Positions 7,731-15,702 are shown, counted from the stretch's first letter. The stretch is 23,382 nt of DNA from a virus (IMGVR_UViG_3300025853_000035:128001-151382), one strand, 5' to 3'. Made by a program: numbers and translations. The notes: generated by a model from the letters alone, not told the origin.

Positions 7731-9511
7731 TACTGATTACCTCCCGCCGGAGCGGCCGGCTTGGGCTTTGCCGGTGGGGTGGTGCTCCCCTTCTGCATCG
7801 CCTGCTGGGCTTGTGCCGGGACCGGAGGAATCTTCGGCTGTTCCTTGGCGACCTTCTCGGCGGACTTTCGGGAAGCCTCGGCCTGCTCGGCGTCGTGCTC
7901 CAGTTCGGTGTCCGCCCGGTCGGTCTCGTTGTCGTCGAGATCGCGCGCCAGTTCGTCCGAGCGCTGGGCGCGGGCATCCGGGAAGCCATCTTCCCGCGCT
8001 TCGAAGTCCGGGTTGTTCGGGAACTGCTTGGCGTCTTCCAGCATCTTGGTGAACATCTCCAGAGTCACATACTCCGGGATGACATCCGCCTTGAGGAAGT
8101 ATTCGTAGATGACCTCGATCGGCAGGATGCCTGCCTGATACATCATCGTGATGGCGCGGAACTCGCGGGCCGCAGCCGCGTCGATGAGGAAGTCCTGATT
8201 GACCCGGAACTCCATCTTGTCGGCCGGCTCGTTCAGCCACGCGGCGATGATGGCCAGAAGCTCGGTGAAGTTCTCGTTCATCACCGTGGTGACGTTGAGC
8301 AGCAGCGATTGCTCGTTGCGATCCTTCAACTTGATCTGGTTGTCGGACTGGCCGGCGGTCTTGGAATCGCCGAGCAGCCGGCCGCCGAGTGATGCGACCT
8401 GCGTCTCCTTGGCGATCAGCGCGTTCTCCAGAGTCTTGAGACCCTGTCCGTTGAACTCAAGGATGCCGGCCTTCTCGCCGTTGCCGATTTCCCACACGAC
8501 CGACGGGCCGATGTGATATTCGTCTTCTTCCTGCCCGCCCGTGACGTAATAGACCGGGTTGGCGGTGTAGAAGCGGCCATGCTCCAACTGCGCATAGGTC
8601 TTGTAATGCGACATGTTGAGCGTGAGGATGTCGAGGACCGGCGGCTTTTCGATGTCCGGCAGGTTGGTGGTGCCGTTGAAGAAGCGGAACGGGATGCGCT
8701 TCATCGGGACGCCGTAGACCATCGGCTTGGTGATGACCGGGGTTTCCGTCAGGTCAGCATCCTCGGCGTCGCGGGCATAGACTTCCTGCTGATATTCCCA
8801 GCGGAGGTCGGTGTCGTTCCAGATCAGGCGCAGGACGCGATAGCGCGCGAACAACTGGCCGTAGGAGGTGTTGGGCTTGGCTTCACTGCCCTCGAAGCGG
8901 AACAGGCGGCGATCGACCGTGAACTCGCGGAGCAGGATGTAGTCGTGCTCGTCGCGGCCATCGATCTCGACCGTCGTCCAGTCAAGGATGTTCTCGCAGG
9001 TATAGCCGGCAAGGTAGGGCTTCGCGAGCGGGTCGTTGGAATCGGGCTTGTCGGCGAGGATGCCGTAGCGTCCCACCGACAGCATTTCTTGGCTCACCAC
9101 CTTGGTGAAGACGCGCAGGGACAGGCCGTCCTTGCTGACCCGCTTGCACAGTTCGGTCAGCTTGGGGCCGGCACGCAGCAGGCGGGGGTCGCGGCGGAAG
9201 ATCGAGCCGGTGAGGCCCGTGACCGTGCGATAGACCATGTTGTAGAAGACCGCGCGATCGAGGTAGGCGACATACTGGCCGTCATCCATGCCTTCCGGCT
9301 GGGGCAGATATTCCTTGCCGTGCTTCTTGATCTCGACCTCGCCGATCATGGCGTGGCGGATCGCCTGCCAGATCATGCGCCAATTGTTGTAATCCCAATT
9401 GGTGTAGAGCGGGGCGGAGGAGAGCAATTCCTGCTTGTTGCGCTTGGTCGCATAGGCGGCCTGACGCTGGGCAAAGGTGCGCGCCTGTCGTTTGGTGATA
9501 TTGTCAGCCAA
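7730..9511 (-). CDS. Portal protein (DUF4055-like)
   Basis: YLPQPEG...Y.AYL.RAVFYN...GRYGILAD...IPF...KPP.LDI..LN.SHY motifs. The start is placed at TTG 9511 because the ORF-track extension to 9712 crosses a terminator; exact start uncertain. Confidence 0.85.
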   Translation of the reverse strand: MADNITKRQARTFAQRQAAYATKRNKQELLSSAPLYTNWDYNNWRMIWQAIRHAMIGEVEIKKHGKEYLPQPEGMDDGQYVAYLDRAVFYNMVYRTVTGLTGSIFRRDPRLLRAGPKLTELCKRVSKDGLSLRVFTKVVSQEMLSVGRYGILADKPDSNDPLAKPYLAGYTCENILDWTTVEIDGRDEHDYILLREFTVDRRLFRFEGSEAKPNTSYGQLFARYRVLRLIWNDTDLRWEYQQEVYARDAEDADLTETPVITKPMVYGVPMKRIPFRFFNGTTNLPDIEKPPVLDILTLNMSHYKTYAQLEHGRFYTANPVYYVTGGQEEDEYHIGPSVVWEIGNGEKAGILEFNGQGLKTLENALIAKETQVASLGGRLLGDSKTAGQSDNQIKLKDRNEQSLLLNVTTVMNENFTELLAIIAAWLNEPADKMEFRVNQDFLIDAAAAREFRAITMMYQAGILPIEVIYEYFLKADVIPEYVTLEMFTKMLEDAKQFPNNPDFEAREDGFPDARAQRSDELARDLDDNETDRADTELEHDAEQAEASRKSAEKVAKEQPKIPPVPAQAQQAMQKGSTTPPAKPKPAAPAGGNQ

Positions 9512-9528
9512 GGGGGAGGGAGTCCGGG

Positions 9529-9563
9529 AAAAAGCGGCCGGTGATCCGAAGATCGCCGGCCGC
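9529..9563 (-). terminator. Intrinsic terminator with cUUCGg tetraloop
   Basis: GCGGCCGGCGATC-TTCG-GATCACCGGCCGC-TTTTT on the minus strand. Confidence 0.75.
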
Positions 9564-10018
9564 AGGTCAGGAGGAGACAGGCTGATGTCGGAGCCACCCG
9601 CCGGAGGGAAAAGGACAAAGCCTCCGGGAACTAGGTCAGGAAGGACCGGCCTTTTGCACCATCGGTGTGCCGGACCATGACCTGAAACAATCCGTGCGCT
9701 TCGAGCGGCCACAGGGACCTACCACACATCGGAAAGGGCTTGCCCATCTGGCCCAACGAGGACCGGGCTTACCTACCACATCCGTCTCCAGCGCTTTGGA
9801 GGTTGGAAGCCTTCTCGATCGCATGACGGTTGGGTTCCGGGGGTCAGCCCGACCAAGGGCCTACTGTCCATTCCCGCGCGCCAAGTGGTCTCGATCTTAC
9901 GCCTTCCAGCCGCGAAGGGTCTGGGATGCTACATGAATGGGGTTGAGGCTCGCGAGATCGCCTAGTGCGGAAAGGAGACACACTTCGGGGGAGATCAGCG
10001 CTCATCACGAGCCTCATG
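9529..10018 (-). ncRNA. Putative ~490-nt structured non-coding RNA (or long attenuated leader of the portal gene)
   Basis: Bounded by a near-consensus promoter and a terminator, with no credible minus-strand ORF. Several stems, some with minus-strand G-U pairs (9945-9955/10005-10015; 9964-9969/9979-9984), and pyrimidine-rich loops. Confidence 0.55.
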
Positions 10019-10024
10019 ATTATT

Positions 10025-10053
10025 AAGCTACCACGTCTTTCTTGATTTGTCAA
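10025..10053 (-). promoter_or_regulatory. Sigma70-type promoter of the putative ncRNA
   Basis: TTGACA(10053-10048)-N17-TAGCTT(10030-10025) with an extended -10 TG. Confidence 0.7.
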
Positions 10054-10117
10054 GCCATACCGTATAGCGTGTCGTGCTAGAATGACTGTGAGTCGGATGG
10101 CTACGCCTTTGTCGCCC

Positions 10118-10148
10118 AAAGAAAAAGGGCCGGATCGCTCCGGCCCTT
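10118..10148 (-). terminator. Intrinsic terminator after phoH
   Basis: AAGGGCCGGA-GCGA-TCCGGCCCTT followed by a T-rich tail on the minus strand. Confidence 0.8.
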
Positions 10149-10152
10149 CCTA

Positions 10153-10962
10153 TCATGCTGCGTAGAGGTAAAGCACCTCTTCGATCACCGGGTGGCGGAC
10201 CACGTCGGCGCGGGTCAGGGCGTAATAGCCGATCCGCTCCCAGCGGCGGGGTTCGGCCGGCAGGCGCTCCTCGCCCGTGATGAAGCCCGGCAGTTCCGGC
10301 TCGAACGCTTCCTCCTCGGCTTCCTCGCGCTGCTTGAGACGGCGCGTGATGTCGGCCAGACCGCTGACGGTGGTGCCGAGTTCCTTGCGATCCCACTGCT
10401 CGGTGTCGCCGGTGACGATCATCTTGCTGTTCTCGCCGATGCGGGTCAGCAGCATCTTCATCTGGTCGGCGGTGGCGTTCTGCATTTCGTCGGCGATGAT
10501 GATCGCGTTCTTGAACGTGCGGCCACGCATATAGGCGAGTGGCGCGATCTCGATCTCCTCGCGCTGGAGCATCTGCTGGACGGCGATGACGCCGAAGCAT
10601 TCGTTCAGCACGTCCACGATCGGGCGGGTCCACGGAGCCATCTTCTCGTTGAGCGTGCCCGGCAGGTAGCCGAGGTCGTCGCCGGTCGCGACATTGGGGC
10701 GGGTAATGATGATCTTGTGGAATTCACCGGCGATGTATTTGTCCGCTGCTTCACGAACGGCCATGTAGGTCTTGCCGGTGCCGGCCGGCCCCTCGACGAT
10801 GAGGATGTCGTGCCGCATCTGGCGGAGCTTGCGCAGATAGCCTTTCTGGTTGGGAGTGGAAGCGGTGAGCTTGGGCGGGGCTTTGTGCTTGGTGGATTCC
10901 ATCTTCTCTGCGATGTGTGAGGCGTTGGTGGGGAAGAAGGTCTGCTTCTTGTTGCCGGACAC
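10153..10962 (-). CDS. phoH: PhoH-family ATPase
   Basis: Walker A GPAGTGKT, LGYLPG..EKM.PW, YMRGRTF, DEMQN, LLTRIG, TGD..Q.D, DVVRH. The GTG start at 10962 has an AGGAG RBS. Confidence 0.95.
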   Translation of the reverse strand: MSGNKKQTFFPTNASHIAEKMESTKHKAPPKLTASTPNQKGYLRKLRQMRHDILIVEGPAGTGKTYMAVREAADKYIAGEFHKIIITRPNVATGDDLGYLPGTLNEKMAPWTRPIVDVLNECFGVIAVQQMLQREEIEIAPLAYMRGRTFKNAIIIADEMQNATADQMKMLLTRIGENSKMIVTGDTEQWDRKELGTTVSGLADITRRLKQREEAEEEAFEPELPGFITGEERLPAEPRRWERIGYYALTRADVVRHPVIEEVLYLYAA

Positions 10963-11457
10963 AGAAAACTCCTGTGAGCGTGTGAGGGAGGGAGCAAAGG
11001 AACGCCCATCACTCGGCAAAATTTATATAACGTCGCGGCATAATGGCGGTGAAACGATACGGCCGATACGCCTTTGGGTCCCCGGCTATGCCGTGAACGC
11101 CTTCGGTGGTCCCCCTACGGGGTCGCAAAAATAAAATTTGCCGGGGTGGCTTTTGGGCGTGATGCTGCGATGGGGAGGTGGTCTGGGTCCCTCCGGGGGG
11201 TCCCAATTTTCATTCCGACCGGGGTGGCGTGATGCCGATAGGTGAAGGGGAGTGATGTTCCGGTGAAGGGTTGCCGGTTCGGAACGGAGTGGTTAACGGT
11301 TGAGGTGGCCGTTGGGCGTGATGGTAGCACAGCTATATGGGAAAGTCCACCTATTTTGATTCAGGTAGACACTTAGTGCGCCCAGAATCGGGGCAATGGG
11401 TATACCCCCAAAGGAACCCCGCCCGGCCAAAAAATTTCGCTAAAGGATGCGATCCGA

Positions 11458-11543
11458 ACAAAAAAGAGCGCGACTCGATCGAGTCGCGCTCAGTGATTCG
11501 CTTTCGCTTATGTGATTCGTTTGGTGATTCGTTATGCGATTCG
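11458..11543. promoter_or_regulatory. 26-bp perfect palindrome (possible terminator) plus GANTC cluster
   Basis: GAGCGCGACTCGATCGAGTCGCGCTC at 11466-11491 next to an A-tract; GANTC at 11472, 11481, 11495, 11514, 11526 and 11538. Confidence 0.6.
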
Positions 11544-11599
11544 TTTACGTTAATGCGATGGCATGGCCATGGGTAGGGCATGGCCATGCCATGGCTAGG

Positions 11600-11839
11600 C
11601 TATGCCATAGCGCCACGATAGGTCTGGCAACGGGTCACGCGCAGGGCTTGGCGGCCAGCGAAGGCAAGGGAGTCGCGCCATGCGCCTAGTTCCGCCTCAG
11701 TCAGGGCATAGCGTGCCGCCGCGTCCGCCAGCGTGATTGCGCCCGCGTCGATAGCGGCGACAATGGCAATCTTGCGCTTAGGCGTGAAACGCGCGTTTGA
11801 GGCGGGAAGGGCGTTCAAAAGGGTTTCGATGTTGTTCAT
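11600..11839 (-). CDS. sciP: SciP-like CtrA inhibitor (DUF1153, small HTH protein)
   Basis: LPASNARFTPKRKIAIVAAIDAGAITLADAAARYALTEAELGAWRDSLAFAGRQALRVTRCQTYR follows the recalled SciP pattern LP....RW..RRK..VV.AV.GG..S..EA..RY.L..EE...W......G...LR.TR.Q.YR. Confidence 0.8.
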   Translation of the reverse strand: MNNIETLLNALPASNARFTPKRKIAIVAAIDAGAITLADAAARYALTEAELGAWRDSLAFAGRQALRVTRCQTYRGAMA

Positions 11840-11987
11840 TGCCTGTCTCCATTTGGTTAGTGATTCGTTTATCTATTATTCCACCGATTCGGTCAAGCAC
11901 ATTATCCTTAATATCTCATGCCATTTCGTTAACCATATCTGTTAGGGTTAATATCCATGGCTTTGCTGTTAACCCTAACGCCTAGCA

Positions 11988-12109
11988 GGCACGGGCAGGG
12001 AAGGCCGCTAGGGCAGGCAGGGGCACGGGCAGGGAAGGCCGCTAGGGCAGGCAGGGGCACGGGCAGGGAAGGCCGCTAGGGCAGGCAGGGGCACGGGCAG
12101 GGAAGGCCG
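11988..12109 (+). repeat. 34-bp G-rich tandem repeat, ~3.6 copies
   Basis: Unit GGCACGGGCAGGGAAGGCCGCTAGGGCAGGCAGG; period 34 (ACGGGC at 11991, 12025, 12059, 12093). Confidence 0.95.
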
Positions 12110-12155
12110 GAATCGAAAGGGCCGCCCTAGGGCGGCCCTTTTGGGGTGGCGGCCC

Positions 12156-12434
12156 TTATGCTTGGGCCGCTTTCCACTTGGCAATTTCAGCCTGCCGACG
12201 GGCCTCAAAATCACCCGTTGCGTAGGGGCTGCGGCCATGGGTGAAGCTGGAGTCGGCCCGTTCGATCCGCGACTTTTTCGGCAGATTGCGGTCGCTGTTA
12301 TCGCTCAGCATGACTTCACAACGGCCATACTTGTAAAGCGCCGTTTCGTGAGCCTGACGCTCAGAAACCGCCGAAATGAAAGCCACGAAAACCTTGTTCT
12401 TGTAGATTGCGAAGGTGGGGATGTTCTTGGCCAT
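12156..12434 (-). CDS. Hypothetical protein, 92 aa (cassette 2)
   Basis: Start reassigned to the ATG after GGAGACAGAC (MAKNIPTF...). Confidence 0.75.
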   Translation of the reverse strand: MAKNIPTFAIYKNKVFVAFISAVSERQAHETALYKYGRCEVMLSDNSDRNLPKKSRIERADSSFTHGRSPYATGDFEARRQAEIAKWKAAQA

Positions 12435-12714
12435 TGTCTGTCTCCGTTTGCGTCTCGATGACTTACTTCTAGGGCCGATTTTTGATTCGGTCAAACACTT
12501 TCTGCAATTATTTTGGCGCGTCACTTCCTCCACCAAAACAGGCGGATTCATGATCTAGGCCGCTAGGGCGGGCGCGTCATGGCCCGCTAGGGGCGGCGCT
12601 GGGCGTCGATAGGCCGCGCCGGGCAGTCTGGCCGCGCTTTGCCGCTAGGCGCGCTCCTTGGGCGTCTGGGCGGCTCCTACGGGCGCAAAATGACCGCGAT
12701 CCATAATTAGGCCC

Positions 12715-12855
12715 TCAGAAACCGGCTTGCAGCTTGCTGAAAACCTCATTGACGAAATCCGCCACTTCCATCGCCACGAACACGGCACCGACCGCGACCG
12801 CAATCTTTACAGAAAATCCGCCGATCAGCAGGCCAACAATTCGGTTCATGTCCAT
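12715..12855 (-). CDS. Small membrane protein, 46 aa (cassette 3)
   Basis: MDMNRIVGLLIGGFSVKIAVAVGAVFVAMEVADFVNEVFSKLQAGF after GGAGACAGAC. Confidence 0.7.
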   Translation of the reverse strand: MDMNRIVGLLIGGFSVKIAVAVGAVFVAMEVADFVNEVFSKLQAGF

Positions 12856-13020
12856 GGTCTGTCTCCTTTCCAGACATAGGATGGACGCGGCGACCGATTC
12901 GGTCAAGCACTTTCTCCACTTATTTTTCGACTCGTTATGGTTAACGCGGCTGGGCAATTTATTAACCTTAACAGATTGTTGGGGCGCAAAAAAAGGGAGG
13001 CTTTCGCCTCCCTCCTTGGC

Positions 13021-13365
13021 TTAATGGCCGTAGTTGCAGCCGATATAGTAGAGCCGCCCGGCGACCAGATAAGCGATGTCCGCCGATCCGCAGCAGCCCG
13101 CATTAGCGGCTTCCTCATAGGCCGCCCATTCGGTGGCGCGGTCGGCGAAGGCGGCGCGATAGTTGTCGCGATAATCCTCGTCCGCAACCGCGTCATGGAA
13201 AAGCGCGTGCGCCTCTTCCACCGTGGCAACCGCTGCCAGCGCGCGGACCATGGTGCGCTCGCCCTCGAACGCGAGGAGGGCCGCAGCCGCCTCCGCAGCG
13301 GCGAGGTCCGCAGCCTCGATCACCGAAGCGGAGCAGTTGGAGCGGAGGAAGAGGAAGTAGTTCAT
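13021..13365 (-). CDS. Hypothetical protein, 114 aa (cassette 4)
   Basis: GGAGACAAG RBS; C-terminal GCCGS...IGCNYGH; terminator follows. Confidence 0.8.
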   Translation of the reverse strand: MNYFLFLRSNCSASVIEAADLAAAEAAAALLAFEGERTMVRALAAVATVEEAHALFHDAVADEDYRDNYRAAFADRATEWAAYEEAANAGCCGSADIAYLVAGRLYYIGCNYGH

Positions 13366-13437
13366 GGCTTGTCTCCTAGCCGGGTTGATGAGTGATGATT
13401 CTCATATTCCACCGATTCGGTCAAGCACTTTGTTTGC

Positions 13438-13638
13438 CTATTGGTATTGTCTTTTTGATGCGGACATAAGCACAACATGCCCAGCCATTTTCGCAATCAT
13501 GCCCAGCGCCAGCAGGCTGGCGGCGTTCATCTCCAGCGGCGTTTCTGGCCATGTCATATCAGGGGCGATTGTCGTGGCCGCCCAGACGCAAAGCAAGGCG
13601 AAGGCATAAAGGGCGGCGATCAGGATGGCTTTAGGCAT
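13438..13638 (-). CDS. Small membrane protein, 66 aa (cassette 5, second gene)
   Basis: GGAGACAA RBS; MPKAILIAALYAFALLCVWAA..., two hydrophobic segments. Confidence 0.7.
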   Translation of the reverse strand: MPKAILIAALYAFALLCVWAATTIAPDMTWPETPLEMNAASLLALGMIAKMAGHVVLMSASKRQYQ

Positions 13639-13657
13639 GGTATTGTCTCCGGTTCGA

Positions 13658-13885
13658 TCAGGCGGCCAAAGGCGCGGCATATTCAGCGAAAAGCGATTCC
13701 GCTTCCGCGAGCGTCAAGCCCTTGGCGACGCATTCCCAATCGTGGACCATTGCGCCCGAAACGGACTCGGCCCGATAGATCGGCGCGGCCTGCACCCACT
13801 TAGGCGCGCGGATGGAAACGGCGAAACCCGCCGCGCGCTGCACGATCATGACATTTTCGTTAGCTGACTTGCGAATGACTTTCAT
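13658..13885 (-). CDS. Hypothetical protein, 75 aa (cassette 5)
   Basis: MKVIRKSANE... after GGAGACAGAC; ends in LAA. Confidence 0.75.
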   Translation of the reverse strand: MKVIRKSANENVMIVQRAAGFAVSIRAPKWVQAAPIYRAESVSGAMVHDWECVAKGLTLAEAESLFAEYAAPLAA

Positions 13886-14042
13886 GGTCTGTCTCCATCG
13901 GCGCTGCGCCGTTGGACGGTAAGTCACATACTCCACCGATTCGGTCAAGCACTTTCGCAAGAAAAACGACGCCACAAGGGAAGCTGGCGTTAACCTTAAC
14001 AGATTGTTACCACCAAAAGAAAAGGGCCTTTCGGCCCTTCGC

Positions 14043-14429
14043 TCAATATGGCGAGCAACCATATTTGGCCCATTCCTTCACGGCGATTCCGCGCTTCCAT
14101 AGGGCGTGTTCGCGATCCTGCGCATCCTCGCAGCCTTCCGCCTCAAACCACCACCGGAGGGCGTCCGCACGGGCGATTCCGTGGTCGTGCTGGAGGTCGG
14201 TCAATTCCTCCTCCAGCTTGGCGATAGCGGCGGCAGAACGGACGGCCTCGCGGTCATTCTCTTCCGCGATCATCTTGCCCAATTCATCGAATGCGACGGC
14301 GTAGTCCTCCAGCGTGACAGGGCAATGCACGCCGCCATTGCGCGGGCGGAAACCGTAGGCGTCTTTGTGCATGTCCGAATAGATGACGGCGGCCTGTTCG
14401 AGGTCGGTGAGTGCGTTCCAGTCGGTCAT
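14043..14429 (-). CDS. Phage hypothetical protein, 128 aa (cassette 6)
   Basis: GGAGGAGACAGAC RBS; YSDMHKDAYGFRPR motif recalled from other phage proteins. Confidence 0.8.
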   Translation of the reverse strand: MTDWNALTDLEQAAVIYSDMHKDAYGFRPRNGGVHCPVTLEDYAVAFDELGKMIAEENDREAVRSAAAIAKLEEELTDLQHDHGIARADALRWWFEAEGCEDAQDREHALWKRGIAVKEWAKYGCSPY

Positions 14430-14569
14430 TGTCTGTCTCCTCCGGCACCGCGCCGGTGACTTCCTTCTAGAGTCGTTCCAGCGATTCGGTCAAGCACTTT
14501 GTTCGGTAGATAGTTGTTAAGGTTAACGCCGGGCCGGGCACAAAAGAAAAGGGCCTTTCGGCCCTTCCC

Positions 14570-15193
14570 TTAATCCTCCCTCCTTCCGTCTTCCCGGAAG
14601 GTGTAACCGTTCGCCTCCATAGCGTCGGCAATCTGTTCATCGCTTCGCAAATATTCGTCCTCGTCCCGGAGGCGATCATAGAGCCACCGGCCCAAATCCT
14701 TGGCGATCTCCTTGATCTCCTCGGCACGTTCATGCGCGCCGTCGGTCCAATCAAATTCGCTGGGTTCCGCTTGCGTGCCGTAATAGTGATGATAGGTGAC
14801 GACATAGGCGGAACGGTAGAAGGTCCGGGCGTGCAAGGCCGCGATGCGGTCCGCTAGGGCGTGTAAGACCGTATCCTGCGGCGCATAGTCCCGCACGGCC
14901 TTTGCCATCCCCTTGGCATAGGTCATCGTGCCTTCAAAGGCCGCATAATCGCTTTGCGAGTAGCCCAGCGACCACCAGATGTTTGCATCGTAGCGCGTTG
15001 CGCCCGACATCAGGGTGACAGGGTGCGTCTTGAAACTGACGCCCATAAGCTCGGCGATCGTCTTGAAGTCGTCGATCGTGGATTCATAATCCGTCTCGTC
15101 GCGGCAATCCAGCCACCACTGCTTGGCGGTCTCCTTGGCCGAGTCGCTCAATTCGTCATAGGTGTAAAGCGTGATCGTCGTTTCGGTCGGCAT
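14570..15193 (-). CDS. Mobile-element protein, 207 aa, resembling the family often labelled 'antitoxin of toxin-antitoxin stability system' (cassette 7)
   Basis: Y..DELSD.AKE.A..W...SQ.D.A.FEG...YAPQD..LH..AD...DL.RWLY..L..E.EYL.SDE......AN.YTF.E.G.R pattern, recalled rather than searched. Confidence 0.7.
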   Translation of the reverse strand: MPTETTITLYTYDELSDSAKETAKQWWLDCRDETDYESTIDDFKTIAELMGVSFKTHPVTLMSGATRYDANIWWSLGYSQSDYAAFEGTMTYAKGMAKAVRDYAPQDTVLHALADRIAALHARTFYRSAYVVTYHHYYGTQAEPSEFDWTDGAHERAEEIKEIAKDLGRWLYDRLRDEDEYLRSDEQIADAMEANGYTFREDGRRED

Positions 15194-15357
15194 TGTCTGT
15201 CTCCTCCGCATTGGTGCGGTAGGGCTGGAGTAGAGGGCTAAAGTGATTCGGTCAAGCACTTATTCCAGATCAAGAATGGTTAACGGGCTGGGGCGATTTC
15301 GTTAAGGTTAACGGATGAGGCGGGCGGAAGAAAAGGGAGGCTTGCGCCTCCCTTCGG

Positions 15358-15702
15358 TCATTCCGCCGGGGAGTAAATTACCCGCCCTTCGTCGCGCAGC
15401 TTCTCCAGATCGCATTCGATAGCGTAATTGTTGAAATACCAGCAGCGGCCGATGATTTCGTTTGCGCCGTCGTCGTGCGTCGTCATTTCCTCCGCAACGC
15501 ATGGGGCGGAAGTCAGCCCGACGAAAGGATTTGCCTGCCCCGCGTCAAAGTGGGTGAAAGAGCCATTGCAGGCGTAAGACTCGAACAAGTCCGCCATGAC
15601 AAGCCAGTAATTGCGGTCGGCGTGGTCGGCGATATATTCCCGCGCTTCTTCGTCGGCGGTGATCTCCAGATCGCCATTTTCGAGGATCGTGCATTCAATC
15701 AT
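15358..15702 (-). CDS. Acidic hypothetical protein, 114 aa (cassette 8)
   Basis: MIECTILENGDL... after GGAGACAGAC; terminator follows. Confidence 0.8.
   Translation of the reverse strand: MIECTILENGDLEITADEEAREYIADHADRNYWLVMADLFESYACNGSFTHFDAGQANPFVGLTSAPCVAEEMTTHDDGANEIIGRCWYFNNYAIECDLEKLRDEGRVIYSPAE

Noticed and set aside
9585-9680. Plus-strand 31-codon ORF (MSEPPAGGKR...) after GGAGGAGACAG
   Set aside because: The promoter, terminator polarity and most G-U pairs point to the minus strand, and no plus-strand promoter was seen. Kept only as an alternative explanation of the motif.
9512-9712. N-terminal extension of the portal ORF to 660 aa
   Set aside because: It crosses an intrinsic terminator and the structured RNA region, and the translation is Pro/Gly-rich and unlike a portal.
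7267-10150. tRNA genes, terminase or prohead protease expected near portal and capsid genes
   Set aside because: No cloverleaf or T-loop signature and no terminase or protease motifs were seen; these genes may lie outside the window.
163-10920. Long plus-strand ORFs (163-1899, 2465-3397, 5478-6473, 6523-7317, 8513-9544, 10192-10920 and others)
   Set aside because: They are antisense shadows of GC-rich minus-strand genes, with no recognisable motifs or expression signals.
12008-12238. 76-aa Pro/Ala/Cys-rich ORF
   Set aside because: It is a translation of the 34-bp tandem repeat and a terminator, with no RBS.
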